NCBI GenBank assembly: GCA_002345475.1
Contig: DDWC01000034.1
Coordinates: forward strand, 1 to 35,492
Direction of reading: 5' to 3'
DNA: 35,492 nt
Origin: Firmicutes bacterium UBA2296
GTDB taxonomy: Bacteria > Bacillota > UBA994
Below the pieces are notes generated by a model that saw nothing but the letters and a program-made list of their open reading frames with translations, was not told the DNA's origin and ran no database searches. Shown here piece by piece: positions 26,095 to 33,875 of this stretch; the stretch's first letter is position 1; every line of letters begins with the position of its first letter. The position numbers and the translations under genes are program-made.

Positions 26095-27107
26095 CAGTCG
26101 TCCCCCCTTACTGGCGGGGCATCATGTTCATCAACTATTTCTCCCACGATTTCCTCCACCAAATCCTCCAGGGTAATAATGCCAAGCAGTTCTCCCGTTT
26201 GACTGCGCACCGCCGCCATATGAGTCCGCTTTGTTCCCAGTATCTTAAGGACTTTCTCCACTGATTCACCTGGAAGTATAGACATTAACGGGCGCAACAA
26301 ATGCTGCAGTGTCACAGAGCCAGTGTCTGTGAGGAGCAGGTCTTTCATATATATCAGCCCCACCAGGTTATCCAGAGTGTCCTGGTAAACAGGCAGTCGG
26401 GAATACCCTGTTTTAAGCATCAGTTCTGCAGCCTCGCTGATGCCGGCGTTCACCGACACTGCTCTTATGTCCTGGCGTCGGGTCATCACCCTGCGCACCG
26501 GCGTGGTGTCTGTATCGAAAATATTCAGGATAGTTTCCCCGGCGGTGTCAGAAATCTGTCCGCTGGATTTGCCCTCAATGAGGGCCGCTCCAATTACGTC
26601 TTCCCTTGCTACCCGCAGAGAGTCTGTGGGAGCGGGGAAGAAACGATCTATGACACGGCAGAGGTTGCCCAGCAGATATGACACCGGCGTTAGTAGCCGG
26701 CTCCACCAGTAGAGCGGTGTTAGTGCAACACTGAGAAAGGCCACAGGTCGGTTGGCCGCCACAACCTTGGGCACAACTTCACCAAAAGTGAGAAGGATGA
26801 GAAACGAAAGAATTGTGGCATATATCTCTGCCACCTCGCGCTGTAGCGCAGTAGCCAGCACCAGAGCGGTTACGCTGCCGGTGAACACTACGTTGACCAG
26901 TGTGTTGCCGATAAGGATAGTCGACAGCGTGACTTCTGGCCTTCCCGTCAACTCAGTCACCATGTGCTCGGCTTTGCCGAGGCGCAACTTGCGCAGCAGG
27001 TGTTTCGGAGCAGCAAAAAGCGCGGTCTCCGATCCCGAAAAGAAAGCCGAGAACAGCAGGAAAACCGCTACCAGGGCTAATCGGTATGGACCCCCAGGGT
27101 CGTCCAA
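26094..27107 (-). CDS. CNNM/DUF21 domain protein with a CBS pair (no CorC C-terminal domain)
   Basis: A 337-aa ORF. A TTG start lies 7 nt after AGGAGGAG. It has the FSGSETALFA motif of DUF21 and a CBS pair, and it ends right after the second CBS. Confidence 0.8.
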   Translation of the reverse strand: MDDPGGPYRLALVAVFLLFSAFFSGSETALFAAPKHLLRKLRLGKAEHMVTELTGRPEVTLSTILIGNTLVNVVFTGSVTALVLATALQREVAEIYATILSFLILLTFGEVVPKVVAANRPVAFLSVALTPLYWWSRLLTPVSYLLGNLCRVIDRFFPAPTDSLRVAREDVIGAALIEGKSSGQISDTAGETILNIFDTDTTPVRRVMTRRQDIRAVSVNAGISEAAELMLKTGYSRLPVYQDTLDNLVGLIYMKDLLLTDTGSVTLQHLLRPLMSILPGESVEKVLKILGTKRTHMAAVRSQTGELLGIITLEDLVEEIVGEIVDEHDAPPVRGDD

Positions 27108-27234
27108 TTCCCATCTCCTCCTATAATGTGCACAATATCACGTAGTTCAATTGGTGATTATATCATGTTAGTCGCTCTAATTACACATAATAGAGGGTTT
27201 TTCGCCATTCGGTCTCTCGATTTCCGGGTCTGGT

Positions 27235-27262
27235 TTGCAGCTTGCCCCGTCTGGTATATAAT
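27235..27262 (+). promoter_or_regulatory. candidate promoter of ylbF-ychF
   Basis: TTGCAG (27235-27240), a 16-nt spacer, then TATAAT (27257-27262). Confidence 0.4.
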
Positions 27263-27282
27263 ATCCTGAGAACAAAACGGAG

Positions 27283-27666
27283 GTGGCACTATTGCTTATT
27301 CACGACAAAGCACACGAACTGGTCAGAGCGCTGCGCCAGTCGCCCGAATACAAGGACCTTTTAGCTGCTGCCGACAGGCTTCGGCAGGACCCGGCAACCC
27401 TGAAAATGTTCCTGGATTTTCGTCGCACTGAACTGGAGTACGACACCAAAATAATGACCGGCGCCGAGGCTGATCCTGCCGAAATTGAGAGTATTAACAA
27501 ACGGCGGGAGATTGTCTTCCTCAACAGCCTGATTCGCGAGTACGTAGAGAAGGAGATGCGTTTCGGTACCATTTTCTCCGATGTACAGCGCATCATCAAC
27601 GGCGCAGTGCAGGAAGTGGCCAGTATTTACGCTGAGATGGGTAATGAGGAAGGCGGTCAGGAATAG
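27283..27666 (+). CDS. ylbF: YlbF/YmcA family regulatory protein
   Basis: It has HDKAHELVRALRQSPEYKDLLAAADRLRQDPATLKMFLDFR, typical of the Com_YlbF family. The GTG at 27283 lies within the GGAGGTG SD, so the TTG at 27292 may be the real start. Confidence 0.75.
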   Translation: MALLLIHDKAHELVRALRQSPEYKDLLAAADRLRQDPATLKMFLDFRRTELEYDTKIMTGAEADPAEIESINKRREIVFLNSLIREYVEKEMRFGTIFSDVQRIINGAVQEVASIYAEMGNEEGGQE

Positions 27667-28755
27667 ATGCCGACATGTGGTATTATCGGTCTCCCCATGG
27701 TGGGTAAGACCACGGTATTCAATCTTCTCAGCGGCGCCAGAGCTGAGACCAGCAAGTTCTTCTCTGGCCGCACCGAAGCCAATGTAGCCATGGCGCGGGT
27801 GCCTGACAAGCGCATTGATTTCCTTGCGGGGCTATACAGGCCGAAAAAGACTACCTATGCCCAAATTGAGGCCATTGATGTCCCTGGTCTCGTGCGAGGG
27901 GCTTCGGAGGGGCAGGGCATAGGCAACGCCTTTCTCGATTCGGTGCGCAAGGCTGATGCACTCATTCATGTGGTCCGTGTTTTCCACAGCGATCTCGAAC
28001 ATGTGGAAGGCACAATTGACCCCGTTCGTGATGTGCAGACAGTGGCTTTTGAACTGTTGATGGCCGACATGGAGTTCGTCGACAAGCGTATCAATCGCAT
28101 CCAGGAGGCCAAGAAGAAACCTCCTCAATCGGCGGCTGAAGCCGAAGTGTTGGGCAAAATTCTACAGCATCTGGAGCAGGAGCTACCCTTTTCCCAGATT
28201 GTACTTGACGAAAAAGAGCGTGAAGTGATTGCCCACTACACCTTTCTCACTGACAAACCTCTCATAGTAGTGGCAAATCTTGATGACGCCCAGCTGGGTT
28301 CCGGCCATTATCCCGGCAAAGAAGCCCTGCACTCCTACTGTCAGACGCAGAGCCTGTCTCTGGTAGAAATCAGCGCCAACAGCGAGATGGAGATTGCCGA
28401 GCTCAGTGGCGAGGACAGGGAGCTGTTTTTTGCCGACCTCGGCATCGAAGAGCCGGGTATCGACCGCATCGCCAGGGCCGCTTATCAGGTTCTAGGGCTT
28501 ATTTCCTTCTTCACCGTGGGTGACGACGAAGTGCGGGCCTGGACTGTAAACCGGGGCAGCACCGCCAAACAGGCGGCTGGCAAAATTCATTCCGACCTGG
28601 AAAGGGGTTTTATCCGCGCTGAACTGATGCGCTATGCCGATCTGGCCGAGCACGGTTCCGCCGCTAAGCTTAAGGAAAAAGGCCTGGTTTCCCTGGAAGG
28701 CAAGGACTATATCGTTCATGACGGGGATATTCTCAGTATAAGGTTTAATGTATAG
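27667..28755 (+). CDS. ychF: redox-regulated ATPase YchF
   Basis: A 362-aa ORF with GIIGLPMVGKTTVFN (P-loop) and a C-terminal TGS-type domain (HSDLERGFIRAE). The ATG immediately follows the ylbF stop. Confidence 0.9.
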   Translation: MPTCGIIGLPMVGKTTVFNLLSGARAETSKFFSGRTEANVAMARVPDKRIDFLAGLYRPKKTTYAQIEAIDVPGLVRGASEGQGIGNAFLDSVRKADALIHVVRVFHSDLEHVEGTIDPVRDVQTVAFELLMADMEFVDKRINRIQEAKKKPPQSAAEAEVLGKILQHLEQELPFSQIVLDEKEREVIAHYTFLTDKPLIVVANLDDAQLGSGHYPGKEALHSYCQTQSLSLVEISANSEMEIAELSGEDRELFFADLGIEEPGIDRIARAAYQVLGLISFFTVGDDEVRAWTVNRGSTAKQAAGKIHSDLERGFIRAELMRYADLAEHGSAAKLKEKGLVSLEGKDYIVHDGDILSIRFNV

Positions 28756-28792
28756 CCACACCGTGGCGTATGTGGCGCTTAGCGATACGAGG

Positions 28793-28890
28793 GCCGCCAG
28801 CCGCCAGCCGCCAGCCTCCAGCAGGGATGTTTTTCGAACGTCTAACGTCTAAAGTCTAAAGCCTATAGTCTAACGTCCCTAGTCTGACCG
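28793..28890. repeat. heptanucleotide repeat mosaic, 14 units in one register
   Basis: GCCGCCA three times, then GCCTCCA GCAGGGA TGTTTTT CGAACGT CTAACGT CTAAAGT CTAAAGC CTATAGT CTAACGT CCCTAGT CTGACCG. Confidence 0.9.
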
Positions 28891-28953
28891 GGAGGATAGT
28901 CGTTTGTCGCTCCCGGAATATTTGATTTACGATTTATGTTTTTTGTTTGTCGA

Positions 28954-28981
28954 GCGCTAAGCGCTAAGCGCCAAGCGCCGT
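28954..28981. repeat. heptanucleotide repeat array
   Basis: GCGCTAA GCGCTAA GCGCCAA GCGCCGT. This is the same unit family as 23829-23856 and lies 18 nt upstream of the nadE start. Confidence 0.85.
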
Positions 28982-28998
28982 CAGAAAGGCGGTACATC

Positions 28999-29730
28999 AT
29001 GTCAAACTACAAACAGATGGCGGACGACTTGAGCAACTGGATAGCATTGCAGGTCAAGGCTGCTGGCTTAAAGGGTGCGGTATTTGGACTGAGTGGGGGC
29101 ATTGACTCCGCAGTGGTGGCCGGCCTGGCCAGACGCGCCCTGGGGCGAAACGCTTTGGGTGTTATTATGCCCTGCCACTCGAATCCGGAGGATAGGGAGC
29201 ACGCTCTGCTTTGTGCCCATGCCTTTGATCTTCCTGTGGCCGAGGTAGACCTCGGGCCGACCTATGACAAGTTGTTAAGCACCTTGCTGGAGGCGGCTCC
29301 CGACATTTCACCGGACCGCATGAGCAAGGCCAATCTTAAACCCAGGCTGCGCATGTCGACCCTTTACTACTTTGCCAACGTCCATTCCTATCTGGTGCTT
29401 GGGACCGGCAATCGCAGTGAACTGACTGTCGGCTATTTCACCAAACATGGTGATGGCGGCGTAGACGCTATGCCCATTGCCGGGCTGGTGAAATCAGAAG
29501 TCAGGGGCCTGGCGACCGAACTCGGCGTTCCTGGCGAAATTATTGACAAGCCTCCCTCTGCGGGGCTCTGGGAAAACCAGACCGATGAGGGCGAAATGGG
29601 GCTCAGCTATAAGCAACTGGACAGCTATATTTTGACCGGTGAAGCCGAACCGGAGATTCGTCAACGCATAGAAAGACTCATGGCCGGGAGCGCGCACAAA
29701 CGAAAGCTGCCACCCACGCCTCAGTCATAA
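28999..29730 (+). CDS. nadE: ammonia-dependent NAD+ synthetase
   Basis: It has the SGGIDSAVVA PP-loop and the NRSELTVGYFTKHGDGG motif. The ATG at 28999 (MSNYKQMADDL) is preferred, because the track start at 28936 lies inside the repeat array. Confidence 0.88.
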   Translation: MSNYKQMADDLSNWIALQVKAAGLKGAVFGLSGGIDSAVVAGLARRALGRNALGVIMPCHSNPEDREHALLCAHAFDLPVAEVDLGPTYDKLLSTLLEAAPDISPDRMSKANLKPRLRMSTLYYFANVHSYLVLGTGNRSELTVGYFTKHGDGGVDAMPIAGLVKSEVRGLATELGVPGEIIDKPPSAGLWENQTDEGEMGLSYKQLDSYILTGEAEPEIRQRIERLMAGSAHKRKLPPTPQS

Positions 29731-29743
29731 GGAGGATTACACC

Positions 29744-30475
29744 ATGGCGGGACATTCAAAATGGGCTAAGATCAAGCACCGCAAGTCGAAACAGGATGCA
29801 GCCAAGGGCAAGATGTTCACCAAAGTTGCCAAGGAAATCATCATGGCGTCCAAGGCCGGCGGTGGAGATCCGGCAGCTAACTTCAGGCTGCGTATCGCCA
29901 TAGATAATGCCAAGGCCATCAACATGCCCACCGACAACATCAATCGCGCTATCGCCCGGGGAATCGGCGGCACGGAAAGTGACAACTACGAAGAGTTTAC
30001 TTACGAGGGGTACGGACCGGGCGGAGTAGCCATCATGTTGGACATTGCCACCGATAACCGTAACCGCACTGCCGGCGATATCAGGCACCTCTTCTCCAAA
30101 TACGGCGGGAATCTAGGTGAGACCGGTTGCGTAAACTGGATGTTCTCCAAAGTAGGCATGATAGTGGTCGAGAGGGAAGATTCGCCTCTTTCGGAGGACC
30201 AACTGTTGCTGATGGCCGCGGAGGCCGGGGCCGACGATCTTTCGGGCGATGAGGACTCCTTTCAGATAACCTGTGCCCCCGAGGCCATCTGGCAGGTTAA
30301 AGCTTCCCTTGAGGAACAGGGTGTAACACCGGTCAGCGCCGAGGTTACTTATGTGCCAAGTAATACGGTAGCTGTCCAGGGGGATGACGCTGTGCGCCTG
30401 ATGAAACTAATGGAACTCCTCGATGACCACGACGACGTTCAAGAGGTTTACGCCAATTTTGACATAGAAGAATAG
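29744..30475 (+). CDS. yebC: YebC/PmpR family DNA-binding transcriptional regulator
   Basis: A 243-aa ORF with the hallmark N-terminus MAGHSKWAKIKHRK. AAGGAGG lies 8 nt upstream. Confidence 0.92.
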   Translation: MAGHSKWAKIKHRKSKQDAAKGKMFTKVAKEIIMASKAGGGDPAANFRLRIAIDNAKAINMPTDNINRAIARGIGGTESDNYEEFTYEGYGPGGVAIMLDIATDNRNRTAGDIRHLFSKYGGNLGETGCVNWMFSKVGMIVVEREDSPLSEDQLLLMAAEAGADDLSGDEDSFQITCAPEAIWQVKASLEEQGVTPVSAEVTYVPSNTVAVQGDDAVRLMKLMELLDDHDDVQEVYANFDIEE

Positions 30476-30480
30476 TCGAA

Positions 30481-30512
30481 AAGAGGAGCCCTGCCCGGGC
30501 TCCTCTTTTCTT
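30481..30512 (+). terminator. rho-independent terminator of yebC
   Basis: AAGAGGAGCCC tgccc GGGCTCCTCTT (11-bp stem) followed by TTCTT. Confidence 0.8.
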
Positions 30513-30646
30513 GCCACAGCTTCAGCCTTTTCATAAACGAAATTTACCTCTTTCGGGAGCAGGATTAATTCGTCACTGGGCGAATATCCATCTTTGGAGT
30601 GCAGAATCAGGTGCTCCGAAGGCTCAAACCAAAGGAGGTGAAAACT

Positions 30647-31429
30647 ATGTCAATGATCCCCAATACCATGTTTGCTTTCTTCTCGTTGATCATCATCGGC
30701 GTCACCATTATCGGTGTACTGCAGATGACCAAGCAGGGCAAGATGCATCCAAAGCTGCGCCGCCTGGCCGGTTTGGACGCGCTTGAGGAAGCGATTGGAC
30801 GCGCCACAGAAATGGGTCGCCCCATCCACTATTCTCCCGGATACGGCGACATCACCAACACCAACGCTCCGGCTACCTTCGCATCCTTCGCCATCCTGTC
30901 CCACGTTACGGGGCTTTCAGCCAAGTACAATTCTCAGCTGATCGTCACCTGTAAGTCCCCCCAGTCCTTCCCGCTCATCCAGGAACTGGTCCGCACAGCT
31001 TATGCCGCGGCCGGACGCCAGGATATGTTCAAGGAAGACACCGTGCGCTTTATCTCCGAGGCTCAGTTTGCCTGGGCTGCCGGCGTACTCGGTATCTTCG
31101 TGCGTGAGAAGGTCGCTGCCAACATCATGATCGGTTACTTTATGGCCGAATCCCTGTTGTTTGCGGAAGGCGGAGCTCAAGTCGGCGCGATTCAGATCGC
31201 TGCCACCAGTAACATGGCACAGACCGCGTTTTTCGTCGCAGCTTGTGACTACGTGCTACTGGGTGAAGAGCTCTACGCCGGTGGTGCGTACCTCTCTCAG
31301 GACCCCATCAAGGTCGGCAGTATCGCCGGTCAGGACTACGTCAAGGCCATCTGTATGGTGTTTATCTCGGTTGGCACCATTATGCTCACCTTTGGTAGCG
31401 ACTGGTTGGTTCTTTTGACACGAAAGTAA
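30647..31429 (+). CDS. uncharacterised membrane protein 1 of a four-gene operon
   Basis: The ATG at 30647 lies 7 nt after AAAGGAGGTG; the track start at 30599 has no SD. The 260-aa product has an N-terminal TM helix (FAFFSLIIIGVTIIGVL), a hydrophilic domain of about 110 aa containing HYSPGYG, and several C-terminal hydrophobic segments. I recognise no family. Confidence 0.6.
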   Translation: MSMIPNTMFAFFSLIIIGVTIIGVLQMTKQGKMHPKLRRLAGLDALEEAIGRATEMGRPIHYSPGYGDITNTNAPATFASFAILSHVTGLSAKYNSQLIVTCKSPQSFPLIQELVRTAYAAAGRQDMFKEDTVRFISEAQFAWAAGVLGIFVREKVAANIMIGYFMAESLLFAEGGAQVGAIQIAATSNMAQTAFFVAACDYVLLGEELYAGGAYLSQDPIKVGSIAGQDYVKAICMVFISVGTIMLTFGSDWLVLLTRK

Positions 31430-31471
31430 TCATGTGCGGATTCATTTCATCACAAGAAGGGAGGTGTAGAT

Positions 31472-32122
31472 GTGCGTAGAGAAGTTCCGTTAGTCATTAC
31501 TTTCGTCATCGGTGTGTTACTTATCGCTTCTTATTTCCTGCAAGGACCAATACTGGGCGGTGAATATACCTGGAAGACCTTGTCCTCGGACATTACCAAC
31601 TGGGGTGTTCTGGTATCAGCTTTCGCTGTGGGTATTGCGGCAGTAAACCTGACCCGCATTCACGGTAACAAGATCACCAATCAGAGGCCTGGTTTTATCA
31701 ACAGTATAGCTTTGATTGGCACCATGGTTATTTTCATTGCCGTTGGCGTGTTTAACAAACATTTCGGGACGGCCGGTACCAGGGCCTTGTTCCAGAACAT
31801 GTTTGACTACATTCTGTCACCGCTGGGCGCCGCCATGTTTGCCATTATTGCCTTTTACGTGGCTTCGGCGTCGTATCGTGCTTTCCGCGCTCGTAGCGCA
31901 GAGGCCACTATGCTACTGATTGCCGCTATCATTATGATGATGGCCAGTGCTCCAATTGGCGCTCTTATATGGAGCAAATTCCCGGTTATCGGCAAGTGGT
32001 TGCTTGACGTGGTCAATATGGCCGGTCAGCGCGGCATCCGGCTCGGTGTTGCTATCGGTGGTTTTGCCGCCAGTATGCGTATCCTGCTTGGTATCGACCG
32101 CGGCCATCTCGGTAGCGAATAA
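31472..32122 (+). CDS. uncharacterised polytopic membrane protein 2 of a four-gene operon
   Basis: A GTG start lies 5 nt after GGGAGGTG. The 216-aa product has about 5-6 hydrophobic helices. I recognise no family. Confidence 0.6.
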   Translation: MRREVPLVITFVIGVLLIASYFLQGPILGGEYTWKTLSSDITNWGVLVSAFAVGIAAVNLTRIHGNKITNQRPGFINSIALIGTMVIFIAVGVFNKHFGTAGTRALFQNMFDYILSPLGAAMFAIIAFYVASASYRAFRARSAEATMLLIAAIIMMMASAPIGALIWSKFPVIGKWLLDVVNMAGQRGIRLGVAIGGFAASMRILLGIDRGHLGSE

Positions 32123-32149
32123 TATTGTAAGAAAGGAGGTGTCCTGAAG

Positions 32150-32977
32150 ATGAATTGGTTGGACAAACTTCAGCAGATCGACCGCAGGGTCATTTACACA
32201 TTGTTGCTTGTTGTATTACTTATTCCTATGTTTCGCCCCCTCGGTATTCCTCTTGAGGTCAATATGACCACACAAAAGGTCTATGACCTGGTACAGGCCC
32301 TTGACCCTGCCCGTGATGTCGCTCTGTTTGTTATGGACTATTCCCCCGGTGGGTCTCCTGACGTGCATCCCCAGGCGCTTATCGTCGCCGAACATCTCGC
32401 CCAGCGCGGTGTTCGAACCATTATGGTTTCGTTCGTAGACGCCGGGCCCATGTTCGCCGAACAGGTGCTTGACCACGTCAGCAAGAAGTACGACATAGTA
32501 TACGGAACGGACTTCGTCAACCTCGGTTATCTGGCCGGAATGGAAACGGCGATCAAGAACTTCGCCGAAGCTCCCCACACCGCATTTGAGCGCGATTTCC
32601 GCAACAATCCCGTAGCCAGTATGCCTATTATGGCCGGTATCACGCACATCACCGACATCGCGTTCATTATTGACTTTCAGACCGGTGACCCCGGCTATAA
32701 CGCGTTTCTTAAACAGGTTCAAGGCCCCTACGGTGTCACCTATGCCGCCGGCATAGTCACCGTCAGCGTCCCCAACGCCATGCCCTTCGTGCAATCAGGC
32801 CAGATCAGCGGACTGTTGCAGGGCCTGCGCGGTGCGGCAGAATACGAAGTATTGGTAGGTTCACCGGGCGCCGGTGCCGCCAAAATGGACGCTCAGTCTT
32901 TGGGTCACTTATTGATAATTGGTTTTATTATCGTTGGTAACGTCGCCTACTTCCTTAACAAAAAGAAGGCGGTCTAG
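32150..32977 (+). CDS. uncharacterised bitopic membrane protein 3 of a four-gene operon
   Basis: The ATG lies 9 nt after AAAGGAGGTG. The 275-aa product has an N-terminal TM (VIYTLLLVVLLIPMF), an alpha/beta-looking domain of about 210 aa containing DYSPGGS, and a C-terminal TM (LLIIGFIIVGNVAYFL) followed by a KKK tail. Confidence 0.6.
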   Translation: MNWLDKLQQIDRRVIYTLLLVVLLIPMFRPLGIPLEVNMTTQKVYDLVQALDPARDVALFVMDYSPGGSPDVHPQALIVAEHLAQRGVRTIMVSFVDAGPMFAEQVLDHVSKKYDIVYGTDFVNLGYLAGMETAIKNFAEAPHTAFERDFRNNPVASMPIMAGITHITDIAFIIDFQTGDPGYNAFLKQVQGPYGVTYAAGIVTVSVPNAMPFVQSGQISGLLQGLRGAAEYEVLVGSPGAGAAKMDAQSLGHLLIIGFIIVGNVAYFLNKKKAV

Positions 32978-33018
32978 CATGGGTCCAGAATACTATTTGA
33001 GTCTGAGGAGGTGAAACA

Positions 33019-33657
33019 ATGAACATCTCAATGGATCCCTGGGTATGGCTTATGGGACTTGGTATGTTGGCGATTTTTTCCTTTGTATATAAGGAGAATG
33101 CTATCTACCGCCTTTTTGAACATATTTACGTAGGGGCCGCCGCGGGCTACACCATCGTCGTCAACTACGGCAACATAGTTGACCGCGGTATCATGCCGCT
33201 CTTTAAGCAGGGCAAGTACAATCTGGTCGTTCCGCTTATTATCGGCCTGTTGCTGTACGCGCGCTTCTTCAAGAACATTGCCTGGCTCAGCCGTTGGGCT
33301 ATCGCTTTCCTGCTGGGCATCGGTGTTGGCGTCTCCACTTTCGGCGAGGTCAACTCGGTCATTATCGCGCAGGTTCGCGCCAGTATGATGACCCTCATCG
33401 TGCGCAACGGCGCCGGCGTGTTCCAGCTGGGGCGCAGCGTTAACAACTGGATTATGGTTTTGGGAACCCTCTCGGTTCTACTGTACTTCTTCTTCTCCGT
33501 AGAGCAGAAGGGCCTTGTGAAGCACGGTTCAGCTTTGGGACGCGCTATCATGATGATTACCTTTGGTGTTTCCTTCGGTAACGTCGTCATGGGTCGTATC
33601 TCATTGCTGCTAGGCTCACTGGAGACCATCTTTGGTCAGTGGCTGGGTCTACTATAA
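33019..33657 (+). CDS. uncharacterised polytopic membrane protein 4 of a four-gene operon
   Basis: The ATG lies 6 nt after GAGGAGGTG. The 212-aa product has about 6 hydrophobic helices. I recognise no family. Confidence 0.6.
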   Translation: MNISMDPWVWLMGLGMLAIFSFVYKENAIYRLFEHIYVGAAAGYTIVVNYGNIVDRGIMPLFKQGKYNLVVPLIIGLLLYARFFKNIAWLSRWAIAFLLGIGVGVSTFGEVNSVIIAQVRASMMTLIVRNGAGVFQLGRSVNNWIMVLGTLSVLLYFFFSVEQKGLVKHGSALGRAIMMITFGVSFGNVVMGRISLLLGSLETIFGQWLGLL

Positions 33658-33670
33658 TAGCCTAATCCGC

Positions 33671-33700
33671 AAACCCGCGGCTCACACGCCGCGGGTTTTT
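33671..33700 (+). terminator. rho-independent terminator of the four-gene membrane operon
   Basis: AAACCCGCGGC tcacac GCCGCGGGTTT (11-bp stem) running into TTTTT. It lies 13 nt after the stop codon. Confidence 0.85.
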
Positions 33701-33771
33701 CCATGCAGGTATTTCGCCATAAACGTCGAACTGGTGTTCATAGGCCACGGGCGTCGCCCGTGAAGGACGAG

Positions 33772-33841
33772 AGGCTGTTGGTTGTTAGCTGTTGGCTCTT
33801 GGTAGTTCTCCGAAGAGCTAAGAGCCAGGAGCCAAGAGCTC
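33772..33841. repeat. heptanucleotide repeat mosaic arranged as an inverted pair, 10 units in one register
   Basis: GGCTGTT GGTTGTT AGCTGTT GGCTCTT GGTAGTT CTCCGAA GAGCTAA GAGCCAG GAGCCAA GAGCTCC. It ends 34 nt before the ruvC ATG. Confidence 0.9.
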
Positions 33842-33875
33842 CCCTCCAAACACCGTCCACGAAAGGAGCCCCCAT

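Noticed and set aside
28936-28998. Upstream start of nadE (track ORF 28936..29730), and ORF 33703..33888 upstream of ruvC
   Set aside because: Both are read-throughs of repeat arrays without an SD. The conserved nadE N-terminus starts at 28999. ORF 33703-33888 is low-complexity translation of the 33772-33841 block.
30516-30646. Riboswitch or structured leader in front of the four-gene membrane operon
   Set aside because: Only a weak hairpin (GGAGTGC...GTGCTCC, with G-U pairs) is present, and no motif I recognise. A promoter call was also too weak to list (TTGCCA-17 nt-TAAACG).
8762-33841. Whether the repeat blocks could be CRISPR arrays
   Set aside because: The units are 7-10 nt and directly abutting. 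There are no 25-40 nt repeats alternating with unique spacers, and no cas genes lie in the window.
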